Shown: piece by piece, positions 8,636-23,007 of the stretch
Layout of the letters: every line of letters begins with the position of its first letter
Numbering within the stretch: position 1 is the stretch's first letter
The notes under the pieces: generated by a model
Told to the model about the DNA's origin: nothing
What the model saw: only the letters and a program-made list of their open reading frames with translations
Databases searched by the model: none
Translations under genes and position numbers: made by a program
DNA from: Elusimicrobiota bacterium
GTDB taxonomy: Bacteria; Elusimicrobiota; Elusimicrobia; UBA1565; JACRDR01
Assembly (NCBI GenBank): GCA_041694815.1
Contig: JBGFSC010000018.1
Location: 1 to 64,000, forward strand
Length of the DNA stretch: 64,000 bases
Direction of reading: 5' to 3'

Positions 8636-9253
8636 TTACCACTTCTTCAGGGCTTCCTGCCTTTCGATTGGATCCGTGTTCTGTATGAAGCGTCGGATTT
8701 CGTCGCCATCCATCGTCTTCTTCTCAAGAAGAACTAGCGCCAGATGCTTGAGCATGTCCTTTTTGAGGGAAAGAATACCCATGGCCTGGGTCTCGGCGTC
8801 TTTAAGTAACTGCCCGATGGCCGCGTCATCTTTTTTGTCGCCGGCCAGCTGTCGAGCGATCTCCGTTGCCGCGGCCATATCGCTATGGCCGCCGGTGCTG
8901 ATCTCGCCGTAAATCACCATCTCGGCGGCGCGTCCGGCCAAGCTCACCTGCAACTGCCGGCGCAGCATTTCGGGGTCGACATGGAGCTTAGGAACATCCT
9001 GCGTGACGCTTCCAAGGGTTTTCCCGTCCGGAATAATGGTAGCCCGAAGCACCGGATAGGCATGGGCATAGGTCGCAACCATCGCCGCGCCAGCCACGTA
9101 CACCGCGGTCCGTTTCTCCTCGGCGGCCTTTTCTTGCCGGTAGGCGGCCATATCCTCCCGATATTTCGTCATAAGCGCATACCCAACCTGGCTTCGCGCC
9201 GGAACGGCGAAGAAACAAGAGAAAAGTCCTAACACCATTGCCTTTCTATTCAT
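8636..9253 (-). CDS. Signal-peptide-bearing peptidase M41 (FtsH protease)-like domain lacking HEXXH
   Basis: EEKRTAVYVAGAAMVA matches the FtsH TAYHEAGHA region; LAGRAAE, ISTGGHSD..AT.IAR and LA..LLEKKTMDGDEI are FtsH-like. Confidence 0.75.
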   Translation of the reverse strand: MNRKAMVLGLFSCFFAVPARSQVGYALMTKYREDMAAYRQEKAAEEKRTAVYVAGAAMVATYAHAYPVLRATIIPDGKTLGSVTQDVPKLHVDPEMLRRQLQVSLAGRAAEMVIYGEISTGGHSDMAAATEIARQLAGDKKDDAAIGQLLKDAETQAMGILSLKKDMLKHLALVLLEKKTMDGDEIRRFIQNTDPIERQEALKKW

Positions 9254-9392
9254 GTCCTAATCCCCCTTAAATCAAAGCTTATAGGTTGAGCTTCGTTTTC
9301 TACAGGGTCAAAAGACCCATGCTGCCCAAGTCTTTAGGCCTAGAGCAACCAGGTCTTGTGATCCAGGATGCATGCTGCGATCCGACCCACAG

Positions 9393-10160
9393 TCATAGCT
9401 TAAACCGCTTTTCCGCCGTTACGTCATCTTTATTCGTTTCCGACTGTTCGGCGTCGGCCGGTTTGGACATTTCGGGTCTAACGGCAGAACTTTCAAGGTA
9501 TTCCCTAAGCTCCTGTTCCTGATCCTTGGATAACTTAACGTCAGTGATAACGCGATCCTTCAACAAGCCATCGATGGGCTGCCTAAATTTAGAGAAGTTG
9601 AGTCTGAGCCACATCGGAGGTATTAAAAAAAAGAGCAGTCCAAACATGATGCCGCCGAATAATCCGTAAAAAATGGAGTCGATCCTCCCGCCGCCCTGAT
9701 CGCGGAGAGTTCGATAAAAAATAAGCACGGATGGAATGCTTATCGCCCCGCCGACTCCCAGCAGCACTGGCATTGATGCCGCGCCAAGCAATACCCACGG
9801 CACAAGCCCTAGAAGGATAGCGCCCAATACCGATAACTGCATAAATTCAGTGCTCGAGACGAATTTCCGCAACAGGGCTTTTACCTTGCTTTGCTGTATT
9901 TTAGGCTGTGGCATGAAGCTGCGGTTTGGACCGAACAAAGAAGCGGCTGGGGGGCGCCTCTGCTCATTGACGGGAACACCTGCGGAGCTATTAAAAATGG
10001 CAAATAGCTCGGCCGCAGATTCGGTCGCGGCCAAGCGGCTATCCGCCGGCGCCGACACGTTTTCCGAAAACTGGACATCGCTCCGATGTTTCGCGGCTTC
10101 CGGCGTTTCGCAGCGAGCCGGCGCCGCGATAAAAGCGGCGGTAACAAGCACCCTATGCAT
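9393..10160 (-). CDS. Hypothetical membrane/exported protein
   Basis: Signal-like N-terminus and three central hydrophobic segments; lower GC. Confidence 0.6.
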   Translation of the reverse strand: MHRVLVTAAFIAAPARCETPEAAKHRSDVQFSENVSAPADSRLAATESAAELFAIFNSSAGVPVNEQRRPPAASLFGPNRSFMPQPKIQQSKVKALLRKFVSSTEFMQLSVLGAILLGLVPWVLLGAASMPVLLGVGGAISIPSVLIFYRTLRDQGGGRIDSIFYGLFGGIMFGLLFFLIPPMWLRLNFSKFRQPIDGLLKDRVITDVKLSKDQEQELREYLESSAVRPEMSKPADAEQSETNKDDVTAEKRFKL

Positions 10161-10339
10161 TCGCGTTCCAGCATAATTGTATCGTCGCCAGCCGGATTAG
10201 CCAGGGACGCAGGTCCCAAGCCCTGTCTATAGAAAGGGCCTATCCGTCCTAGGCCCTTAGACACGCTTACTTGCGCGCCAGGGCTACAAGGTCACAAATT
10301 GCAACCTTAAACCAAACGCATGGTTGCTACGATGGACGC

Positions 10340-11086
10340 ATGGTCCACGGACAGATCCATATCGGAACCAGCGGCTACATGTACAAACATTGGAGGGGCA
10401 TCCTTTATCCCAACGGCCTGCCAAGCCTTCAATGGATCAACCGCTACGCCGAGGTGTTTCGCACGGTGGAGCTCAACGCTACCTTTTACCGATTACCAGA
10501 GGTCTCCGCGGTCCGGGGTTGGCATGATCGGACTCCGGCGGATTTCCTCATCATCTGCAAGGGCAGCCGCTACCTGACCCATATCAAGCGGCTCAAGGAC
10601 GCCGGCGCCGGGCTGCGCCTTTTCTATTCCCGCATCCGCTGGCTCAAGGAGAAGCTCGGACCGGTTCTATGGCAGCTGCCACCAACGATGAGCAAGGCCG
10701 ATCCCGGCCGGCTCGACGCGTTCTTAAAGGCCCAGCCCAAGGATATCCGCTGCGCGGTGGAATTCCGCCATCCCGCCTGGTATACGCCCGAAATCTGCGA
10801 CGTGCTCGAACGCCATGGAGCCGCCTTCTGCGAGCATGACCATATCCGGCTGCGGCCGCCGCGCCTGACCGGGGGTTGGCGCTATATCCGCTTCCACGGC
10901 GCCACCGCCAAGCACGAGGGGCGCTACGGCCGGCGCGCCCTGGCCCCCTACGCCCGGGACCTGCGCCGCTGGGCCGATTCCGGCCGGGAGGCCTTCGTTT
11001 ATTTCAACAACGACGCCCGGGGCGCGGCGATCTACGATGCCGTGGACCTTTCGTCCATGCTTGGGAAGCCGTTACCGTTTAAATAG
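10340..11086 (+). CDS. DUF72 (YecE/YunF-like) protein
   Basis: IGTSGYMYKHW, TVELNATFY, LGPVLWQLPP, VEFRH..W, YIRFHG, VYFNND. Confidence 0.93.
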   Translation: MVHGQIHIGTSGYMYKHWRGILYPNGLPSLQWINRYAEVFRTVELNATFYRLPEVSAVRGWHDRTPADFLIICKGSRYLTHIKRLKDAGAGLRLFYSRIRWLKEKLGPVLWQLPPTMSKADPGRLDAFLKAQPKDIRCAVEFRHPAWYTPEICDVLERHGAAFCEHDHIRLRPPRLTGGWRYIRFHGATAKHEGRYGRRALAPYARDLRRWADSGREAFVYFNNDARGAAIYDAVDLSSMLGKPLPFK

Positions 11087-11154
11087 CGAAAGATTCGGGA
11101 ACTTTCTGAGCCTTCGATCGTATTTATATTGACGTGCATATGCGAACGCCGGTC

Positions 11155-11183
11155 TTGACAAAGTGTAATCGATAGGATACACT
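11155..11183 (+). promoter_or_regulatory. Putative TA promoter with overlapping operator palindrome
   Basis: TTGACA-17bp-TACACT; AGTGTA (11162) and TACACT (11183) form an inverted repeat over the spacer and -10. Confidence 0.6.
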
Positions 11184-11186
11184 CTC

Positions 11187-11480
11187 GTGCAGACACCGAA
11201 GACGCCTGAATTTGACGAATGGCTCGACGGGTTAAGCGCCTATCGGCAAGGTCTTGTCGAGTCGAGATTAAAACGGATTCAAGACTTTAACCATTTCGGT
11301 TGGGTCGGCATGCTCGGCGACGGGCTCTTTGAGCTAAAGTGGAAAAATGGTCTCAGGGTTTATTTTGGATACGTTGAAATGAATGGGCGCGCGGCGTTGG
11401 TTCTTTTGGGGGGAGAGAAACATGGGCAAAACCGTGATATCGCGAAGGCGCGGGGTATCTTGGCTCGGGAAACCGCGTAA
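11187..11480 (+). CDS. RelE/ParE-superfamily addiction-module toxin
   Basis: TPEFDEWL..RLKRI..GDGLFELKW..GLRVYF..LLGGEK..Q.RDI.KA pattern. Confidence 0.88.
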   Translation: MQTPKTPEFDEWLDGLSAYRQGLVESRLKRIQDFNHFGWVGMLGDGLFELKWKNGLRVYFGYVEMNGRAALVLLGGEKHGQNRDIAKARGILARETA

Positions 11481-11775
11481 GCTGCGGCCAGGGGCAACCG
11501 TTAAAGATCATGATCCCTCTGTTCGGCTTGGAGATCCTGTCTTTATTAGAAAAGCGATCTTCGAAGCGCTCGCTGAAGGAGACTACGAGGCGGTAACGGA
11601 CATTTATCGGGCGCACCTTCGAGTCCTTAATCGCTCTAGAGGGGCTAAGGTGATGGGGGTATCAAGAGGATATTACCATAAGCTGCTCAAGCCATCCGCC
11701 GAACCGTCGCTGCCGACATTTGTGAAATTCATGCATCTACTTAACGTAGAACAGCGTGGCGTAGCGAGGGTATAA
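11422..11775 (+). CDS. Addiction-module antitoxin (HTH)
   Basis: Lies downstream of and overlaps the toxin; C-terminal AKVMGVSRGYYHKLL...PSL.TF HTH pattern. Start is uncertain. Confidence 0.75.
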   Translation: MGKTVISRRRGVSWLGKPRKLRPGATVKDHDPSVRLGDPVFIRKAIFEALAEGDYEAVTDIYRAHLRVLNRSRGAKVMGVSRGYYHKLLKPSAEPSLPTFVKFMHLLNVEQRGVARV

Positions 11776-11776
11776 G

Positions 11777-12943
11777 TTACGGCGGGGAAAGCGCGGTTCC
11801 CAACAAATCCGACTCGATCGCGGCTTTCTTGAGGAACGGCTTGACGAAATCCGCGAATTCCCAAAGGTCCTTCGCCTTGAGGGCCTGCTTGTAAATGGAG
11901 AGGGCTCCCGCGCGATCGCCCATCACATCCTTGACCTGCGCCAGGCGGATCAGCGAGAACAAGGCCCAGCGATTGGGCACCTTGGGCTGCAGTGCCTCGG
12001 CTCCCCGAGCGAAGGCTTCGGCGGCCTTAGGCCAATCCCGGGTCAGGAAATAGGCGGTGCCCAATCCCACGTAGCCGCGGGGCTCGTAGCGCGCGTCGTA
12101 GAACGGCTTGCGCTCGCGTATGGCCTTAAGATACGCCTGGGCGCTCTGGAGCGCCTCCTGTGCCAGGCGGTTCTCGTAGAGATAGATCATCTCGACGAAG
12201 TGGAACAGGGAATTCTTGGGGAATTTCTGGCGGATCTCCCGGATCAGACGCAACCCTTCCTTCGGGTTGTAGACCTTGGCGTTGCGATCGGCGTAGGCCT
12301 CGACCAAGATCAGCTTCGCGGCGGTGGCGGTGTGCTCTCCCTTTTCCGCCGCGATCTTGAGCCGCGCCATGCCGCGGAAAGTGTCGCCGCGGATGGCCAC
12401 GAGCTTCCCTAGGACCTTGATGACCCCGGGCAGCGTATCGGTATAATAATCCCACATGCCCAGGCCCATATTGACGTCGTAGAGTTTGGGATCGAGCTTC
12501 TCCGCCTTCTTAATGAGGCTTAGGGCCTTGGTCCCGTCCCAATAGGCCCTCACCCAGCGATGCATGGTCAGCGCCAGCCGGCTGCGCATGCCGTACATCC
12601 CGCCCAAGCACAAATACCCCTCCGCGTCCGTCGGGTGATCCTTGATCCAACGATGCCCCTGCGGTATGGCCTCGGCGATCAGCTTCTCGAACTCGTCGTG
12701 GGTTTTGATGTCGGAGCCTTCCTGCTGGTATTCGAAGCGGGCCCAGGAGGCGGTGGCCAGCCCGAAGTAGCCGTAGGGGATGCCCGGGTATTCCTGAAGC
12801 AGGGCGCGAAAGGTCTTTTCGCAATCGTCGAAATCCATCAGGTAGATGTCATCGATGCCGCGCTGGATGCGGCGGCTGATCTCCTCCGGCTTCGCGAAGG
12901 CCGGCAGCGACAAGGAGAAGCTTAAGAGAAGGGCCAGTGTCAC
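11777..12943 (-). CDS. Exported TPR-repeat protein
   Basis: Signal peptide (..LPAFA) and multiple TPR-like helices; overlaps the serS stop. Confidence 0.8.
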   Translation of the reverse strand: MTLALLLSFSLSLPAFAKPEEISRRIQRGIDDIYLMDFDDCEKTFRALLQEYPGIPYGYFGLATASWARFEYQQEGSDIKTHDEFEKLIAEAIPQGHRWIKDHPTDAEGYLCLGGMYGMRSRLALTMHRWVRAYWDGTKALSLIKKAEKLDPKLYDVNMGLGMWDYYTDTLPGVIKVLGKLVAIRGDTFRGMARLKIAAEKGEHTATAAKLILVEAYADRNAKVYNPKEGLRLIREIRQKFPKNSLFHFVEMIYLYENRLAQEALQSAQAYLKAIRERKPFYDARYEPRGYVGLGTAYFLTRDWPKAAEAFARGAEALQPKVPNRWALFSLIRLAQVKDVMGDRAGALSIYKQALKAKDLWEFADFVKPFLKKAAIESDLLGTALSPP

Positions 12944-14244
12944 GGAGCGATCGAATCTTGGCCGAAGTATCGCTGGAGCGCCTGGGGGACGGCGACGGAG
13001 CCGTCCGCGCGCTGGAAATTCTCAAGAATGGCGGCCAGGGTGCGGCCCACCGCGACGCCGCTCCCGTTCAAGGTGTGGACGAACTCCGTCGGCGACTTGG
13101 GCCCGCGGCGAAAGCGCGCGTTCATGCGCCGGGCCTGGAAATCCCAGCAATTGGAACATGAGGAAACTTCGCGGTAGCGCTTTTCGCTCGGCATCCAGAC
13201 CTCTAAGTCGTAGGTCCGGCAGGAGGCGAACCCCAGGTCCGCCGTGCATAGCTCCACCACGCGGTACGGGAGCTCCAGGGCCTGCAAGACCGCCTCCGCG
13301 TGTCTGGTCAATTCCTCGAGCGCGCTAAGGGAGTCCTCGGGCTTGGTGACCCATACCAATTCCACCTTGTCGAACTGGTGCACGCGGATCATGCCGCGAG
13401 TATCCTTGCCGTAGGAGCCCGATTCCTGCCGGAAGCAGGGGGTGGCGGCGGTCCAGCGCAACGGCAATTGACCTTCTTCGAATATCCTCTCGCGCGCGAG
13501 ATTCGTCAAAGGAATCTCGGAAGTGGATATCAGGTACATCTCGCTGGAACCGGACTCGGAGGAGGACTGGGTCGCGTACATGTCCTCCTTGAACTTGGGG
13601 AGCTGCCCGGTCCCTTCCAATATCTCGGGACGCACGAGATAAGGGGGGGAAACCTCCGCGTAGGCGTGCTGGATCGTGTGCAGGTCCAGCATGAAGCTGG
13701 TCAAGGCCCGCGAGAGCTTCGAGCCGGCTCCCTTGAGCATGACGAACCGGGATCCCGAGAGCCTGGCGGCCGCCTCCATGTCGAGTATTCCCAGTTTCTC
13801 GCCGAGGCTCTGATGGTCGAGGGGCTTGAACTGGAAATCGGCCGGGGCCGGCCCCCCGCGCCTGCGCTCGACATTATCGGCCTCGCTGTGTCCGACCGGC
13901 GCATCGGCGTGGGGAAGGTTGGGAATCGAGAGCAGGGCCTGGCGGATGGCGGCTTCGGCTTCGCCCAAGGCCTTCTCTTTTTCCTGCATCAGGGCCTTGA
14001 GATGGGACGTCTCTTCCATTACCGCCGCCGCGGCCGCCTCATCCTTGGCCGCCTTTGCCTTGCCGACCTTCTCGGATAAGGCATTGCGGCGGCCTCGAAG
14101 CTGCTCGACCTCCTTGAGCAGCGAACGGTGGGACTCGTCGCGGCTTAAGAAATCTTCTAAGTACGGCAGGTAGCGTCCCGAACGATCGCTCAAACCTTGG
14201 CGCGCGCGCTGCGGCTCGGCGCGCAGCAGCTTGGGATCATTCAT
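12940..14244 (-). CDS. serS: Serine--tRNA ligase
   Basis: N-terminal coiled arm, TGQLPKF, TSE, CFRQE, RVHQFDKVE, YREVSSCS, HTLNGSG. Confidence 0.97.
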   Translation of the reverse strand: MNDPKLLRAEPQRARQGLSDRSGRYLPYLEDFLSRDESHRSLLKEVEQLRGRRNALSEKVGKAKAAKDEAAAAAVMEETSHLKALMQEKEKALGEAEAAIRQALLSIPNLPHADAPVGHSEADNVERRRGGPAPADFQFKPLDHQSLGEKLGILDMEAAARLSGSRFVMLKGAGSKLSRALTSFMLDLHTIQHAYAEVSPPYLVRPEILEGTGQLPKFKEDMYATQSSSESGSSEMYLISTSEIPLTNLARERIFEEGQLPLRWTAATPCFRQESGSYGKDTRGMIRVHQFDKVELVWVTKPEDSLSALEELTRHAEAVLQALELPYRVVELCTADLGFASCRTYDLEVWMPSEKRYREVSSCSNCWDFQARRMNARFRRGPKSPTEFVHTLNGSGVAVGRTLAAILENFQRADGSVAVPQALQRYFGQDSIAP

Positions 14245-14749
14245 GGCGCGGCGATCTGTAGGGTTCTGTCAAGTATCCGCTCGGAGAGGTCCTCTCCGGC
14301 TCTCGGCTCCACCATGACCTCGACCTTGAGCGCGTCCGGCCAATGCCCGGAATGTAAGGCCCTCTTTAAGAAGACCCCGAGCGCAGGGGTATCGAGCGGG
14401 ATATTCCGGACCGAGTTGGCCTTGACCCGTGGGATGCGCCGCTCCTCGGTCCAGAACGGAACAGTCCATATCCCGGCCCTTCCGGCGCCCAACTGGACCA
14501 GGCGCGCGCTCACCGCGTAGCGCAGGACGATGCCGTCGGCCGGCTTCGGGCCGCGATTGACCAAGGATACCAGCACCCGGGGACGGCTTCGGATCGGCAA
14601 CGCCGGGGCCTGGCCCCAACGCTCGGTGGCATGGTAGGCCTTCCCGGGCGGCGCCTGCCGCAATTGCCATTCGACGCGCTTGAGGACCACCTCCGCGGTC
14701 GCCGGGGAGAACTCGGCGGCGGCGAGGAGAAGGGAGCAGACGACGCGCA

Positions 14750-14750
<1 letters not shown>
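14241..14750 (-). CDS. Exported hypothetical protein between gyrA and serS
   Basis: 169-aa ORF overlapping both neighbours; signal-like N-terminus. Confidence 0.65.
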
Positions 14751-17257
<2,507 letters not shown>

Positions 17258-17266
17258 GTCGCCTCC

Positions 17267-19861
<2,595 letters not shown>

Positions 19862-20152
19862 TCACCGCGCCGTCTTAATCGCCTTGATCCAACCCGTCTT
19901 GAAATACTTATTGAGGCCCCGGAGTATTCCCGGGCTTCTCATCTGCAGCTCCTGCGCCGCCGCTGGGGAGCTCGTCGACACGTACAGGACCCCCCGGCGG
20001 ACGCCGCTTAGGCGCCAATGCTTCGAAAAATGACCGACCTCCTTGTCCCAAACGGACGCCAATATCGCCAATCGGTCTGGCTGGGTGCCCGCCTTGAACG
20101 AAAAACTCCGGAGGATATCCTTGGCGCTTGTCCATGTCACTTGGTTTTTCAT
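19862..20152 (-). CDS. dciA: DciA/DUF721 helicase-loader family protein
   Basis: W...VG......GVLYVST.SPAAAQEL motif; position between dnaN and gyrB. Confidence 0.75.
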   Translation of the reverse strand: MKNQVTWTSAKDILRSFSFKAGTQPDRLAILASVWDKEVGHFSKHWRLSGVRRGVLYVSTSSPAAAQELQMRSPGILRGLNKYFKTGWIKAIKTAR

Positions 20153-21258
20153 ACCCTCATTGGCATCACGACATAACGGTAGTCCGCGTCCCCCGCCGAT
20201 TCTATCAGCGTCGGATTGACCGGAGCGGTGAAGCCTAAAATCACCTTGTCGGCGTCGAAGGCCTTAAGCCCTTCTAGGATGAACTGCGGATTGAAGGCGA
20301 TGGCAAACTCCTCTCCCTTATATTCCGCAGGCAACTCGTCGTCAAACTCAAGGTTTTGGCTAGAGGCGTGCACGTGCAAGACACCTGGTCTGAGCGTGTA
20401 CTTTACGGAACCGCCGCGATCCGTGGCGCACAAGGAAGCCCGTTTCGTGATCCCCCAAAGAGCCTTGGCGTCCATAGGCACCTGGATGTCCTTTTTTACC
20501 GGAATAACTTGTTCGTAATTCGGGAAGCTACCCTCAACCAGGCGGGAAAGCAGCGTCGTCGTCTTGAATTGGAAGGTGATTTGGTTCTCGGTCACGGATA
20601 CGGCAACCTTATCTTCTTCGCCCTTCACCTCCTGAGATAGAATGCGCAGTAGTTCCGCCAATATCTTGGTCGGGACGATGACACGGAACTCCTTGTCCTT
20701 CGGGAGGCAGGCCCTGCGTATGACGGCCAGTCGGCGGCCGTCGGTCGCGACAATCTCGAGCACACCACGCGATCCCACCCAAAAGGCGCCATTGAGCACA
20801 TGCCGGGTCTCGTCGGAAGAGGCCGAAAATAAGGTCTTGCGGATCATCTCCTCAAGTGACTTGCCTGGAAGGCTGAACGCATTAGACGGGTTGAGTTCCG
20901 GCAGCACCGGGTATTCGGATTTAGGGGCACCGATGATGCTAAAGCGCGAGCGTCCGCTTTTTAGGTGGACCTTTCCTCCGGGCTCAACGCTTAAGTCGAT
21001 GTCGTGGTCGTCCTGGAGGGTATGGATGATGTCGGAGAATTTCTTGGCGGGTATCGTGATGCTGCCGCCCGATTCGATCTCGGCGGGAATATAATGCTTG
21101 ACTCCCATCTCCAGGTCGGTGGACACCAATTTCAGCCTTGAATTCTCGGTTTCCACAAGAAAATTCAACAGGATCGGCAAAGTGGTCCGGGAGGAAAGGG
21201 CTGATTGGATCGTTTGAACCCCACGAGAAAGATCCGCCTTACTGCAATGTATTTTCAT
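20149..21258 (-). CDS. dnaN: DNA polymerase III beta sliding clamp
   Basis: TLPIL, STDLE, VATDGRRL, SRLVEGSFPNY, C-terminal VVMPMR. Confidence 0.97.
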   Translation of the reverse strand: MKIHCSKADLSRGVQTIQSALSSRTTLPILLNFLVETENSRLKLVSTDLEMGVKHYIPAEIESGGSITIPAKKFSDIIHTLQDDHDIDLSVEPGGKVHLKSGRSRFSIIGAPKSEYPVLPELNPSNAFSLPGKSLEEMIRKTLFSASSDETRHVLNGAFWVGSRGVLEIVATDGRRLAVIRRACLPKDKEFRVIVPTKILAELLRILSQEVKGEEDKVAVSVTENQITFQFKTTTLLSRLVEGSFPNYEQVIPVKKDIQVPMDAKALWGITKRASLCATDRGGSVKYTLRPGVLHVHASSQNLEFDDELPAEYKGEEFAIAFNPQFILEGLKAFDADKVILGFTAPVNPTLIESAGDADYRYVVMPMRV

Positions 21259-21291
21259 AGAGAGTAGTCCTCATCATCAGCCATCAAGTCA

Positions 21292-21421
21292 TGTGGATAA
21301 GGCGATTTCTTCACGGAAATGTCACAGGGGAACCTGTTCATAACTCCGTTTTATTACCCACAATATCCACAGCGTCAAATTTTTTACACATAATTTCCTA
21401 GAAACCTACATATTATCCACA
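21292..21421. promoter_or_regulatory. DnaA-box cluster between dnaA and dnaN (candidate oriC part)
   Basis: TGTGGATAA 21292, TGTTCATAA 21335, TTACCCACA 21354, ATATCCACA 21363, TTTTACACA 21382, TTATCCACA 21413. Confidence 0.85.
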
Positions 21422-22758
21422 GATTTAATTTTTTCGGTTAAATCCGTCACCAACTGAACGAAGAAAGGATCTTTTTCCAGCATTGCCGCTATTTTTTCCC
21501 GTGCATGAATTACCGTCGTGTGGTCCCGGCCGCCGAAGGCGTGGCCGATATCGGTGGTGGATAAGTCGGTCAGGGTACAGGCTAGATACATCGCGAGCTG
21601 GCGCGGCAGCGCGATTTCATTCGTCCGAGACCGAGATTTCATACTCTTGACATCAATCGAGTATTTCTGAGCGACCACCTTTTGGATGGTCTCCACCCTT
21701 ACCGGCGAACCAGAATCCGGGCCGATGGAGTCCTTGAGCACTTCCTTGGCGATGTCGACCGTCAGTTGGCTGGCCGTTAGGGAGGCGAAGGCGCTAAGGC
21801 GGATCAAAGAACCCTCGAGCTCGCGGATATTGGTCTTGATCACCGAGGCAATGTAGAGGATGACATCGTCCGGGACGAAGAGTTGTTCAGCTTCAGCCTT
21901 TTTACGCAGAATAGCGATCCGGGTCTCTAAATCCGGCGGTTTAATATCGACAACCACCCCCCATTCGAAACGGGAAATGAGGCGCTGTTCCGACGGGGCC
22001 ATCTCCTTGGGCGCGCGATCGGAGGAGATAATCACCTGCTTATGGGCGTCGAAAAGGGAATTGAACGTATAGAAAAATTCCTCTTCGCTGCGTCCCTTAG
22101 CGATCAGGAATTGGATATCGTCCATGAGTAAGCAATCGAGGTTGCGGTACTTGCCACGGAAGGCATCCGGCTTGTCATAGCGTAGGGAATCAATGAACTC
22201 GTTAACGAATTGCTCGGAGGTCGTATATAGGACGCGCGCACGCGTGTGCTCCTTGCGGATGGCGTTTCCTATAGCATGCATGAGGTGCGTCTTTCCCAAA
22301 CCGACGCCCCCATAGATGAAAAAGGGATTGTACTGCTTGCCGGGATTCTTGCTAATCGCTTCGGCCGTGGCATGCGCGAAGCGGTTGGAGGCTCCGACGA
22401 CGAATGTCGAGAAGGTGTAGCGAGGGTTGAGTTCGCTAAGCGAAAATTCGGATTGGGCCTGGGCGTGCAAGGTCGGATCGGTCCGCGGCAAGACCCCTTG
22501 AAGATCCTTGGCAACGCTGTAATCGAGAGCGATTTCGGTACCGGTCGCGCTCTTGAGCAGACCTTCGATCTTGCGCTGGTAATGGTCCTTGATCCACTCG
22601 GAGAAAAATTTATTGGGGACGCGAACGCGCATCAAGCGATTCTCCAAAGAGAGCGGTTCGACGGGGCGCAACCAGAGCTCGACGTTGTCATTGCCTATTT
22701 CCGGTCGAAGCTTATCTACGCACTCCTTCCAGAGCTCCGGCAAACTCCAGTTATTCAC
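21406..22758 (-). CDS. dnaA: Chromosomal replication initiator DnaA
   Basis: YTFSTFVVG.SN, YNPFFIYGGVGLGKTHL, DDIQF, SRFEWG, FGGRDHTTVIHA. Confidence 0.98.
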   Translation of the reverse strand: MNNWSLPELWKECVDKLRPEIGNDNVELWLRPVEPLSLENRLMRVRVPNKFFSEWIKDHYQRKIEGLLKSATGTEIALDYSVAKDLQGVLPRTDPTLHAQAQSEFSLSELNPRYTFSTFVVGASNRFAHATAEAISKNPGKQYNPFFIYGGVGLGKTHLMHAIGNAIRKEHTRARVLYTTSEQFVNEFIDSLRYDKPDAFRGKYRNLDCLLMDDIQFLIAKGRSEEEFFYTFNSLFDAHKQVIISSDRAPKEMAPSEQRLISRFEWGVVVDIKPPDLETRIAILRKKAEAEQLFVPDDVILYIASVIKTNIRELEGSLIRLSAFASLTASQLTVDIAKEVLKDSIGPDSGSPVRVETIQKVVAQKYSIDVKSMKSRSRTNEIALPRQLAMYLACTLTDLSTTDIGHAFGGRDHTTVIHAREKIAAMLEKDPFFVQLVTDLTEKIKSVDNM

Positions 22759-22826
22759 AGGTTATCCACAGATGTTTATAACTTGGAATCGCAAAAAATT
22801 AAGTATATTTTATATACGTTTTTATT
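22751..22826. promoter_or_regulatory. DnaA boxes at the dnaA start plus AT-rich tract (candidate oriC part / autoregulation)
   Basis: TTATTCACA 22751, TTATCCACA 22762 and TGTTTATAA 22773, then a nearly pure A/T run at 22793-22826. Gene orientation diverges here. Confidence 0.8.
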
Positions 22827-22902
22827 CGAAGCGAAGGAGAATAACTGCTTCATTTAGTACCGGATAAAACAAAAAAATCAGCGCCGCCAGCGACGATGCG
22901 TC

Positions 22903-22931
22903 ATCATATGTAATTTGCTTCGTCAAGTCAA
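22903..22931 (-). promoter_or_regulatory. Putative dnaA sigma70 promoter
   Basis: Minus strand TTGACT-17bp-TATGAT. Confidence 0.7.
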
Positions 22932-22957
22932 CTCAATCCGCAGCGGATTAGCTTGAA

Positions 22958-22986
22958 TTGACAGTATTACCGCAAAGTGATTAAAT
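22958..22986 (+). promoter_or_regulatory. Putative hpf-operon sigma70 promoter
   Basis: TTGACA-17bp-TTAAAT upstream of hpf. Confidence 0.55.
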
Positions 22987-23007
22987 GGAATAGAAGCCGT
23001 TTATTCC

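Noticed and set aside
8636..11775. Prophage or genomic island
   Set aside because: No integrase, att repeats or phage structural genes; only orphan genes, DUF72 and a TA pair.
21260..21291. TCATCATCA run as DnaA-trios
   Set aside because: Sequence and polarity do not match the Bacillus box-GC-trio layout well enough to call.
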